Origin: an uncultured Acidimicrobiaceae bacterium
GTDB lineage: Bacteria; Actinomycetota; Acidimicrobiia; Acidimicrobiales; Bog-793
Length of the DNA: 64,000 nucleotides
Direction: 5' to 3'
Assembly (NCBI GenBank): GCA_963841155.1
Contig: CAWJBM010000002.1
Location: 424,238 to 488,237 of the forward strand
The notes beneath the pieces are model-generated. The model searched no databases. It was not told where the DNA came from and was given only the letters and a program-made list of their open reading frames with translations. Positions 56,526 to 64,000 of the stretch are shown piece by piece. Made by a program: the position numbers and the translations under genes. Each line of letters opens with the position of its first letter. Within the stretch, counting starts at the first letter, position 1.

Positions 56526-56750
56526 TCAAGCACGCCGGTGGCGGGCGATGGCCACGCCGACTCCGGCCAGCAGAACCAGGGGCCAGTCGAGTGCGCCCGC
56601 CGCCACGGCCGCAGCCAGCCCACCGTAGAAGCCGACCTTCACCACGGGCTCGGGCACGTGGACGTGGACCACGGGAACCACGTAGTCACTTGGAGAACGC
56701 CCGTTGTCGGCCGAAGTTTCCCGCTTTGTCACCGCAGGGCGTGTCGCCAT
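56526..56750 (-). CDS. Small membrane protein
   Basis: 74 aa with a strong SD (AGGAGGAATC before the ATG). The C-terminal half is hydrophobic (VGFYGGLAAAVAAGALDWPLVLLAGVGVAIA). Confidence 0.55.
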   Translation of the reverse strand: MATRPAVTKRETSADNGRSPSDYVVPVVHVHVPEPVVKVGFYGGLAAAVAAGALDWPLVLLAGVGVAIARHRRA

Positions 56751-56868
56751 GATTCCTCCTGGTCGTCGTGCTAGCCGATGCTATCCAGCAGGTGGCAGGG
56801 ATCGTTGCGCGGGCGCCAGGGCGATGCGAGCTACGGCGGCGGGGCCAGCTCGCCCGGTCCCAGCCGCG

Positions 56869-57927
56869 TCACACGCTCCAGGCGGCGACGCGCCCGCGAA
56901 CCGACAAAGCGACCCGGGTGCCCTCTTCCGGCAAGGTCCCCGCGTCCGAGGTCCGGGCGATGAGGACCTTCGAATCGTCCCAGTCGGCGCGCAGCCTGAC
57001 CACTGCGTCGTGGCCGTAGAACTCGGCGTCGACAACACGAGCAGTCGCGCGATCATCGCCGGGCTCGCTCGAGAGCACGATCTGTTCGGGACGGACCAGG
57101 ACCAGGAGCGCGGCTCCATCGACTCTCGTACCGCCCGGTGCCGTCCCATCCTCGAGCCGCAGGAGCCCAAGGGGCGTCTCGACGCCGCCGCCACGCGTGA
57201 TCCCGCGAAGAAAGTTCGTCTCACCGAGACCGGCGGCGAGCTCGGGGCTCAAAGGGCGAGCATAGAGAGCCTGCGGTGTGTCGTATTGGCCGATCCGCCC
57301 GTCGCGGATCACCGCGACTCGATCGGCGAGCGAGAAGGCCTCGTCCTGGTCGTGGGTAACCAGCAGCGCGGTCGTCCCCGCCTTGCGGAGCACGCGCCGC
57401 ACATCTTGGCGCAGGGCTGCCCGCAAGCTCGCGTCGAGGGAGGCGAACGGCTCGTCCAGCAGCACGAGCGATGGTTCGATGGCAAGCGCCCGGGCGAGGG
57501 CGACGCGCTGCTGCTGGCCGCCGGAAAGCTCGTGGGGATAGCGCCCTTCGAGCCCTTCGAGCCCGACCATCTCCAGGAGCTGCGCCACCCGCTGCCCGCG
57601 CCGCTCGCGACGGGGGAGGCCGAAACCGACGTTCTGCTGTACCGACAGGTGCGGGAAGAGGCTCCCGTCCTGGGGCACGTAGCCGATGCGGCGCCGATCG
57701 GGCGCCACGAAGCGTCCGGTGCCGTCGACGAGCTCCGAACCGAGTCGCACCACACCGCGATCGGCACGTTCGAAGCCCGCGATCACCCGGAGCAGAGTGG
57801 TCTTGCCGCTCCCCGACGGCCCGAGGATGGACGTGAACGACCCCGCAACGACCGCGAGGTCGAGGCCGCGCAGCACGGCCCGGCCACCGTAGGACTTGTG
57901 GACACCGGTGACCTCCAGACCGGTCAC
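56869..57927 (-). CDS. Fe(3+)/spermidine-type ABC importer ATP-binding protein (FbpC/PotA-like)
   Basis: 352 aa. GPSGSGKTT, LSGGQQQRVALARAL, LLLDEP, and a C-terminal TOBE-like regulatory domain. Confidence 0.9.
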   Translation of the reverse strand: MTGLEVTGVHKSYGGRAVLRGLDLAVVAGSFTSILGPSGSGKTTLLRVIAGFERADRGVVRLGSELVDGTGRFVAPDRRRIGYVPQDGSLFPHLSVQQNVGFGLPRRERRGQRVAQLLEMVGLEGLEGRYPHELSGGQQQRVALARALAIEPSLVLLDEPFASLDASLRAALRQDVRRVLRKAGTTALLVTHDQDEAFSLADRVAVIRDGRIGQYDTPQALYARPLSPELAAGLGETNFLRGITRGGGVETPLGLLRLEDGTAPGGTRVDGAALLVLVRPEQIVLSSEPGDDRATARVVDAEFYGHDAVVRLRADWDDSKVLIARTSDAGTLPEEGTRVALSVRGRVAAWSV

Positions 57928-57928
57928 G

Positions 57929-59560
57929 TCACGGCCTTGGGTGTTGGGCGACCGCCCGGCGAAGGGGAAGACGGTCGAAGAAGCGCCCGAGCACGTAGCT
58001 CGGCACGGCCGCGATCGCGATGATGACTAGCGCAAACGGGGCGGCCTGGCCGTAGGAAAGGTTCTGCTGGTAGGCCCAGAATTGCGTCGCCAGTGTCTCT
58101 GCCCCGGTCGGGATCAGGATCAGGGTCGCTGTGAGCTCGGTGACCGCCGACAAGAACACGAGGCAGAAGGCCGCTCCAAGCCCGGGGGCGATGAGCGGCA
58201 ACGTCACCCGGACAAGTGTCCCGGGCCTGCGCACCCCGAGTGAGCCCGCCACTTCCTCCAGCCCAACAGGTGACTGCGCGACCGACGCCCGCACGCAGAC
58301 GAGCGCGAGCGGAAAGAACAGGATCGAATACGCGAGGACGAGCAGTGGTGCCGACTGGTGTCCGAAGCCGTTCAGGTCGTGCTCGGAGAAGTAGGAGATC
58401 GCGAGCGCGACGACGAGCCCGGGCATCGCCAGGACGAGGAACGTCGTCCTCTCGAGGAGAAGGTGCAACCCACCGGGATGGCGGACGACCAAGAGCGCGA
58501 CCGGCACCGCCATCGCGGTCGCGACCGACGCTGCAGCCAGGCTGTAGCCGACGGTGTGCAAAGCCGCTGAGCCGAGCGGCACGCCCACGAGCGCGTGCGC
58601 TCCGCCCTCGAAGATCCAGTAGATCGACGATCCGACCGGCACCCCGAGGCCGGCAAGCACGAGCAGGGCGTACGCGGATGTCACGGGCAGCTTGCCTCGC
58701 CCGAGGCGTCTGCGCACCAGCAGCCGCTGGGCCCCGGGACCGCCCCGGCTCAGCCTGCCACCACCGCGCCAGGCGCCGTCGCCGACAAGCAGGACGAGGC
58801 TCAACGCGACGAGGACGAGCGAGAGGGCGCATGCCGAGGACGTGTCGAAGCCGATGGTGAACTCCGTGAATATCTCCGTCGTGAAGGTCTGGTAGCCGAG
58901 GATCTCGAACGCGCCGTACTCGGCGAGGATGACGAGCGCGACGAGGAGACACCCACCGAGGATTGCCCGGCGGGCCTGACCCAGCGTGATGCGGACGAAC
59001 GTCGAGAGCCGGCTCGCTCCGAGGCTCAGCGCGATCTCCTCCTGACCGGGGTCCGCGCCCCTCAGGCTCGCCGAGACAGGAAGATAGACGAGGGGATAGA
59101 CGGCGAGGGTCATGACTACCACCGCGCCTCGGAAGCCCTGCACCCAGGTCGACAGCGACGACCAGCCGAAGCTGACGACGAAGTCCGGGATCGCGAAGGG
59201 GACGACGACCAGCACTGCCCAGACGCGTCGCGCGGGCAAGTCCGTCCGTTCGACGCCGTAGGCCGCAAGGGTCCCGATCACGGCGCAGAGCACGGTGACG
59301 GCGGCGGTGAGGCGGACCGTGTTCCACAGCAGGCTCGCTGTAAGCGAACGCCAGACGAGGTGCCAGAGCTTCGTGGCACCGGAACCGTCAGCCTCGGTGA
59401 GGAGAAAGGCGAGCGGCAGCACAACCACGGCGACAACGAAGAGACTCGCGCCGAGCAGGACCTTCGGTCGCCTGGGGCGCAGAGCGGTCACGATCGCGTC
59501 GTCACCGCCGAGCACCGGCCCGGACGACCGGGGACCGAGGCGTGGCGGGGAGATGGTCAT
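57929..59560 (-). CDS. Iron ABC transporter permease (FbpB-like, duplicated permease domains)
   Basis: I prefer the start MTISPPRL at 59560, because the track ORF start (59770) would overlap the upstream SBP gene by 160 nt. Two tandem binding-protein-dependent permease domains are present. Confidence 0.9.
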   Translation of the reverse strand: MTISPPRLGPRSSGPVLGGDDAIVTALRPRRPKVLLGASLFVVAVVVLPLAFLLTEADGSGATKLWHLVWRSLTASLLWNTVRLTAAVTVLCAVIGTLAAYGVERTDLPARRVWAVLVVVPFAIPDFVVSFGWSSLSTWVQGFRGAVVVMTLAVYPLVYLPVSASLRGADPGQEEIALSLGASRLSTFVRITLGQARRAILGGCLLVALVILAEYGAFEILGYQTFTTEIFTEFTIGFDTSSACALSLVLVALSLVLLVGDGAWRGGGRLSRGGPGAQRLLVRRRLGRGKLPVTSAYALLVLAGLGVPVGSSIYWIFEGGAHALVGVPLGSAALHTVGYSLAAASVATAMAVPVALLVVRHPGGLHLLLERTTFLVLAMPGLVVALAISYFSEHDLNGFGHQSAPLLVLAYSILFFPLALVCVRASVAQSPVGLEEVAGSLGVRRPGTLVRVTLPLIAPGLGAAFCLVFLSAVTELTATLILIPTGAETLATQFWAYQQNLSYGQAAPFALVIIAIAAVPSYVLGRFFDRLPLRRAVAQHPRP

Positions 59561-59609
59561 GGCCGCCACACGGACATCGCCGGCAGGTGTCGCAGCGGTC
59601 TCGCCGCCG

Positions 59610-60686
59610 TCACAGCAGCTGCGCCTCGCCCAAGAGAGCGACCGCCTGGGCTCCGGTGCCGAGCTCGCCGACGTCGATCGGGTTCGGCTCGAGCTCGTCG
59701 AAGGGCGTCTCGGGTTGCGGGCTCTGCACGCCGGACGCGATCGGGTACTCGAAGCTGATCGAGTGGCCAATTATCTCCTGGCCCTGTCTGGAAACGAGAA
59801 AGGCCAGGAACTTCTGCGCGGCCGCCTGGTGCTTGGACGACTTCAGGATCCCGGCACCCGAGACGTCCAGGACGTAGCCAGGGTCTCGCGGCGCGAAGTA
59901 GGCGATCTCCGAGCGCATGTTCGACACGCCGATCTCCGCGCGCATCCGGTACCAGTAGTACTGGTTGACGACCCCGAACACGACGATGCCCCGGTTCACC
60001 ACCTCGGCGACCGTCTCGTTGTCGGGGTAGATATGGCTCCCCGCATTGACCCTGATGCCGTCCAACCACGTGAGCGCCCTGGCCTTGCCGTAGGTGCGCA
60101 GCACGGAGGTGACGACCGGCTGGAAGTCGGTCTCGCCGGGCGCGAGGGCGAGCTTGCCTCTAAAGCGCGGATCGGCGAGCTCCAGGACGTGGGTGGGAAG
60201 CGCCCTTTTGTCGATCAGGCCAGGGTTGTAGATGAGGACGCTGACGCGCGCCGAGACACCGACCCAGTCGCCCTCTGGCGAGCTGTACTTGCTCGGGGTC
60301 TGCGCGAGCGTCGAAGGATCAACCGGCGCGAGGAGGCCCTTCTGCTGGAGGTACTCGAGCGGCGGGGAGTTCTCCGTGAGAACCACGTCTGCGGGAGACC
60401 GCGTCCCTTCGGTGACGATCTCGGCGTCAAGTACGTCTTCGTCGTTGTTGCGAAGCGCGACGCCTATCCCGGTGGCCTTCTCGAAGGCGGCGACGAGCGC
60501 CTCGGTCGTCTGTAGGTGCTGGCCGTTGTAGAGAGTGATCGTCACGCGGCGGGCCGCCATGGTCGGCGAAGTGCCCGCGCAGGCGGCGAGGGACAGCGGC
60601 AGCAGGACGATCGACGCCATGCTGAGAAGCCGGCTCACCGATCCAGGTGACCGGATGCACGCGGACGTTCCGAAAGAGGACTGCAT
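59610..60686 (-). CDS. Fe(3+) ABC transporter substrate-binding lipoprotein (FbpA/AfuA-like)
   Basis: I prefer the start MQSSFG at 60686, with GAGGAG 9 nt upstream. Lipobox LSLAACAG. ITLYNGQH ... VVLTENSP ... WVGVSARVSVLIYN is the typical iron(III)-binding protein pattern. Confidence 0.9.
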   Translation of the reverse strand: MQSSFGTSACIRSPGSVSRLLSMASIVLLPLSLAACAGTSPTMAARRVTITLYNGQHLQTTEALVAAFEKATGIGVALRNNDEDVLDAEIVTEGTRSPADVVLTENSPPLEYLQQKGLLAPVDPSTLAQTPSKYSSPEGDWVGVSARVSVLIYNPGLIDKRALPTHVLELADPRFRGKLALAPGETDFQPVVTSVLRTYGKARALTWLDGIRVNAGSHIYPDNETVAEVVNRGIVVFGVVNQYYWYRMRAEIGVSNMRSEIAYFAPRDPGYVLDVSGAGILKSSKHQAAAQKFLAFLVSRQGQEIIGHSISFEYPIASGVQSPQPETPFDELEPNPIDVGELGTGAQAVALLGEAQLL

Positions 60687-60827
60687 CGCGGTCGCTCCTC
60701 GTTGATCCGGGGTCCCCCCACCTCTGGCCGACGTGACGAATAATACCGGGCGCACCTGGGCGACAAGCCGCGAGCCTTGCGACGGCGGGCCCTCTGTGCC
60801 CGCCCGGCCCCGGTGAGGGGCCTGTGC

Positions 60828-61151
60828 CTAGCCTGCGCAGTAGGCGTCTGCCACCGACAGCGCCTCGTCCAGGATCACGATCCCCTCGCGGGCCTCGGCT
60901 TGGGTCACGGTACAAGGAGGCAGCGCGTGCAGCCGGTTGGAGTTGGTGAACGGCAGAAGGCCGCCCTTAGCGAAAAGGGCCGAAGAAGTGCACGACCCCC
61001 GCGCTATGGGCTCGACGAGCGCCTGCGCCGACCACGGGTAGTGCACGTGGTCCCCATCGGTGGCGTGGACGCGCGCGCCTTCATCGGCGGTGGAGGCCCG
61101 GGTCGTGGTGTTCCTCGTTTCTCTGAGGGGCCTCGGCGACGGGACGAGCAC
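60828..61151 (-). pseudogene. Class-III aminotransferase remnant with an internal deletion
   Basis: The 107-aa ORF joins an N-terminal-type segment (DHVHYPWSAQA) directly to a C-terminal-type segment (GGLLPFTNSNRLHALPPCTVTQAEAREGIVILDEALSVA). The PLP-binding core, about 300 aa, is missing. Confidence 0.55.
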
Positions 61152-61180
61152 GGCGGGCGCGAGGCTCCCGGTTCAGCGGC

Positions 61181-62986
61181 TCAAAAGTGGTCGAGCACCG
61201 CCCGGCTGATGCCCGGGCCGTCGAGGCCCAGACGGGCCAGGATCTCGGACGCCTCGCCGTGGGGGAGGTAGGCGGTCGGGACGCCGCAGTTGACCACCAC
61301 CGGGCCGATCCCGGCCGGCGCCGCACGGCGCAGCGAAGCGTTGACCCGTGACCCTACGCCGCCCTCGGCTATCCCGTCCTCGGCGGACACCACGAGCTCG
61401 TGGGCCATCGCATCCTCGATCATGGCGGGATCCAGCGGCGACACGACGCGCGCGTCCCAGACGGTGGCGTCGACGCCCTTGCCGGCGAGAATGTGGGCGG
61501 CACGCTCGCAGGCGGCGACGAGCTTGCCGACACCGATGAGGCAGACCTGAGATCCGGCGCGGACCTTGCGTGCCCGGATTCCGCTGCCCACCTGGGTTGC
61601 CGAGCAGGCGCCGCCCTTCGGCCACCGGATGGCAACCGGGCCGGATGTGATCGTCAGGGCCTCGTGCAGCATGTTGCCCACTTCCTGGTATGACGAAGGC
61701 GCGAAGACCGTCATCCCGGGAACCTTGGTGAGCAGCATCAGATCGAGCACGCCGTGGTGGCTGGGCCCGTCCTCGCCGGTGATGCCGGCACGGTCCAGGC
61801 AGAAGATCACCGGGAGTCGGTGAAGCCCTACGTCGTAGTACACCTGGTCCCAGGCTCGGTTGAGGAACGTGGAGTAGATCGCCACGACGGGCCGCAGGCC
61901 GCCCATGGCCATGCCGGCGGCCGCGTTCACGGCGTGCTGCTCCGCGATGCCGACGTCGAAGAAACGTGCCGGATAACAGTCACGAAACTCGATCAGTCCC
62001 GTCGGCCCCGGCATGGCGGCGGTGATCGCGACTATTTCGGGGTGTGCCGCCGCCTCGCGCACCAGTGCTGAGCCGAATGCCTCCGTGTAGCTCAGTCCGG
62101 GGCCGGCCGCATCGAGCGCGACGCCCGTGTCGGGATCGAAGGGACCGACGTCGTGAAGGCACTTCTCTTCGTCAAGCTCCGCAGGACCGTAGCCGCGGCC
62201 CTTGGAGGTGTGGACGTGCAGCACCACCGGTCCGGGGCGGTCGGCCGCCCGATGCAGCGCCTGCTCGAGGGCGTCGAGGTCGTGGCCGTCCACGGGCCCG
62301 AGATAGCCGAGGCCCAGGGCCTCGAAGAAGTCGCGCGCCGGGCAGCGGCCCGCAGCCGCGACCTCGGCCAGGCCCGGCGCCAGCCCCGCGAACCGGCCTG
62401 CAGACGAGATCCTGGACACCGTCGGAGCGTAGGAACGGCCGTTGTCGTTGAGGACGACGACGATGTTCGCGCCGGAAACCCCGATGTTGTTGAGTGCCTC
62501 GTACGCGACCCCGCCCGTCAGCGCTCCGTCTCCGACGACGGCAACGACGCGGCGCGGGTCCCGGTGAAGCTGGCGCGCCTTGGCGAGCCCGTAGGCATAC
62601 GAGAGCGCGGTCGAAGCGTGACTGTTCTCGACGAGGTCGTGCTCGGACTCGGAGCGGTTCGGGTAACCGGACAGGCCTCCGCGCTGGCGCAGGCCGGCGA
62701 ACCCGTCCTGGCGGCCGGTGACGATCTTGTGCACGTAGGCCTGGTGACCGGTGTCCCACACGATGGCGTCGTCGGGAGACGAGAACACGCGGTGAAGCGC
62801 GACGGTGAGCTCCACGACTCCGAGGTTCGATCCCAGATGACCCCCGGTCGCCGAGACGCTCGAGACAAGGAACTGGCGGATCTCCGCCACGAGCGAGACG
62901 AGCTCCCGGGGGCTCATCTCGCAAAGGCGCTCCGGTGACACCGTCGTTGCGAGCACTGAGTCGGCTGGGACCGTGATGACGCTCAT
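61181..62986 (-). CDS. dxs: 1-deoxy-D-xylulose-5-phosphate synthase
   Basis: Real start MSVITVPADS at 62986; the track ORF extends to 63298 in non-homologous sequence. GGHLGSNLGVVELTVALH, WDTGHQAYVHKI, GDGALTGG and the transketolase pyrimidine-binding and C-terminal domains are present. Confidence 0.9.
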   Translation of the reverse strand: MSVITVPADSVLATTVSPERLCEMSPRELVSLVAEIRQFLVSSVSATGGHLGSNLGVVELTVALHRVFSSPDDAIVWDTGHQAYVHKIVTGRQDGFAGLRQRGGLSGYPNRSESEHDLVENSHASTALSYAYGLAKARQLHRDPRRVVAVVGDGALTGGVAYEALNNIGVSGANIVVVLNDNGRSYAPTVSRISSAGRFAGLAPGLAEVAAAGRCPARDFFEALGLGYLGPVDGHDLDALEQALHRAADRPGPVVLHVHTSKGRGYGPAELDEEKCLHDVGPFDPDTGVALDAAGPGLSYTEAFGSALVREAAAHPEIVAITAAMPGPTGLIEFRDCYPARFFDVGIAEQHAVNAAAGMAMGGLRPVVAIYSTFLNRAWDQVYYDVGLHRLPVIFCLDRAGITGEDGPSHHGVLDLMLLTKVPGMTVFAPSSYQEVGNMLHEALTITSGPVAIRWPKGGACSATQVGSGIRARKVRAGSQVCLIGVGKLVAACERAAHILAGKGVDATVWDARVVSPLDPAMIEDAMAHELVVSAEDGIAEGGVGSRVNASLRRAAPAGIGPVVVNCGVPTAYLPHGEASEILARLGLDGPGISRAVLDHF

Positions 62987-62991
62987 GTCGA

Positions 62992-63999
62992 TCAGTGCGT
63001 GCTCACGAGCGCGCGAAGACCTTGGCGGAGCGAGCCCAGGCTCGCGATGACGGCCGAGGGCTCGTAACCGCAGTGGGCCATGCAGTTCGCGCACCGCGGG
63101 TCCTTCCCCCGTCCATAGGCGCTCCAGTCGGTGGTCTCGACCAGCTCGTGGTAGCTGGCCGCGTAGCCGTCGGCCATGAGGTAGCACGGTCGCTGCCAGC
63201 CGAAGACCGAGTAGCTGGGGATGCCCCAGGCCGTGCACTGGAAGTCCACCTTGCCTTCGAGGAAGTCGAGGAAGAGCGGGGAGTGGTTGAGGCGCCACTT
63301 CTTGCGCCGCTTGTCGGCGAACGCCTGCTTGAACAGCTGGCGGGTCTGTTCGGTCCCGAGGAAATGCTGTTGGTCGGGCGCCTTCTCGTATGCGTAGGCG
63401 GGCGAGATCATCATCGCGTCCACGCCGAGGTCGTCGTTCAGGAAGTCGAGGACGTCACGAACCGTCTTCGGCGAGTCGGTGTTGAAGAACGTCGAATTCG
63501 TCGTCACGCGAAAGCCGCGCGACTTCGCTTCGCGGATGGCAGCCACGGCCTCGTCGAAGACGCCGGCTCTGTTGACCGCGGCGTCGTGCCGCTCACGCGT
63601 GCCGTCGAGGTGGATGACCCAGGAGAAGTAGTGAGACGGGCTGAAGCGGTCGAGGCGCCGCCTCAACAGCACTGCATTGGTGCACAAATAGACGTAGACC
63701 TTGCGGCTCAGGAGCTCTGTGACCATGCGCTCGATGTCGGGATGGAGCAGCGGCTCGCCGCCGGCGATCGACACCATGGGCGTACCGCTCTCCGAGACGG
63801 CTCCGATCACGTCCTCCACCGACAGGCGCTGCCGTAGGACCTCGGTCGGGTGCTGGATCTTCCCGCAACCGGGACACGACAGGTTGCACGCGAACAGCGG
63901 CTCGATCTCGACGATGAAGGGGTAGTACTTGGTCTTCTTCAGGCGGTGCCGAACGAGGTGGGCACCGATGCGGACGTTCTGACGGAGAGGGATCGGCAT
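62992..63999 (-). CDS. hpnH: Adenosyl-hopene transferase HpnH (radical SAM)
   Basis: 335 aa. MPIPLRQNVRIGAHL ... YPFIVEIEPLFACNLSCPGCGKIQHP carries the CxxxCxxC radical SAM cluster. The C-terminus FGWQRPCYLM ... CANCMAHCGYEP is characteristic of HpnH. Confidence 0.9.
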   Translation of the reverse strand: MPIPLRQNVRIGAHLVRHRLKKTKYYPFIVEIEPLFACNLSCPGCGKIQHPTEVLRQRLSVEDVIGAVSESGTPMVSIAGGEPLLHPDIERMVTELLSRKVYVYLCTNAVLLRRRLDRFSPSHYFSWVIHLDGTRERHDAAVNRAGVFDEAVAAIREAKSRGFRVTTNSTFFNTDSPKTVRDVLDFLNDDLGVDAMMISPAYAYEKAPDQQHFLGTEQTRQLFKQAFADKRRKKWRLNHSPLFLDFLEGKVDFQCTAWGIPSYSVFGWQRPCYLMADGYAASYHELVETTDWSAYGRGKDPRCANCMAHCGYEPSAVIASLGSLRQGLRALVSTH

Positions 64000-64000
64000 C

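Noticed and set aside
61181-63298. 705-aa version of dxs, and the 441-aa version of the aquaporin ORF (45084..46409)
   Set aside because: The N-terminal extensions are low-complexity, overlap neighbouring genes or intergenic DNA, and lack homology-type text. Internal starts (62986 and 45678) match the family N-termini, and the aquaporin start has a clear SD.

Overview
This is a visibly GC-rich, gene-dense, actinobacterial-type chromosomal segment (GC not computed). I found no rRNA, tRNA or CRISPR array. Left to right it holds:

- **1-9.3 kb:** a partial SDR, a phosphodiester-glycosidase gene flanked by two integrase remnants, a frameshifted alpha/beta hydrolase, VOC and YciI genes, a DHA2 MFS exporter, a decayed Lrp/AsnC regulator fused to a LuxR fragment, and DUF1697.
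- **9.3-13.9 kb:** a TA-flanked IS630-family element whose transposase gene is split by a 3.4-kb inverted-repeat-bounded element. That inner element encodes two tyrosine recombinases plus a small ORF.
- **14-29 kb:** a secreted-protein pair, an ftsH copy without its usual neighbours, a cupin, endonuclease IV, a membrane PAS-GGDEF-EAL protein, a COG2403/cyclic-2,3-diphosphoglycerate-synthetase-like gene, and a 7-blade FG-GAP lipoprotein.
- **29-38.6 kb:** an operon of LacI, a glycoside hydrolase and an Opp-type ABC transporter.
- **39-44.6 kb:** a two-gene 2-oxoacid:ferredoxin oxidoreductase with delta-alpha and beta-gamma fusions, divergent from an ADP-forming acyl-CoA synthetase.
- **45-51.6 kb:** an aquaporin, an RHH-like/SRPBCC pair, a YgfG-like crotonase with an N-terminal sensory-type domain, a GH3 lipoprotein with a 9 x 21-bp repeat, and a PRC-barrel protein.
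- **51.7-64 kb:** a 1473-aa P-type ATPase whose N-terminal ~610 aa looks like a catalytically dead P-type ATPase module, an Fe(3+)-type ABC importer, and the tail of a hopanoid-type cluster (hpnH, dxs, internally deleted aminotransferase).

The strongest candidates for something new are the nested recombinase element, the tandem pseudo-ATPase/ATPase, the sensor-crotonase fusion, and a conserved structured intergenic element present at two loci. At least ten genes are disrupted, so either this region is decaying or the assembly carries indel errors. Many long ORFs in the track are antisense or alternate-frame artefacts typical of GC-rich DNA.
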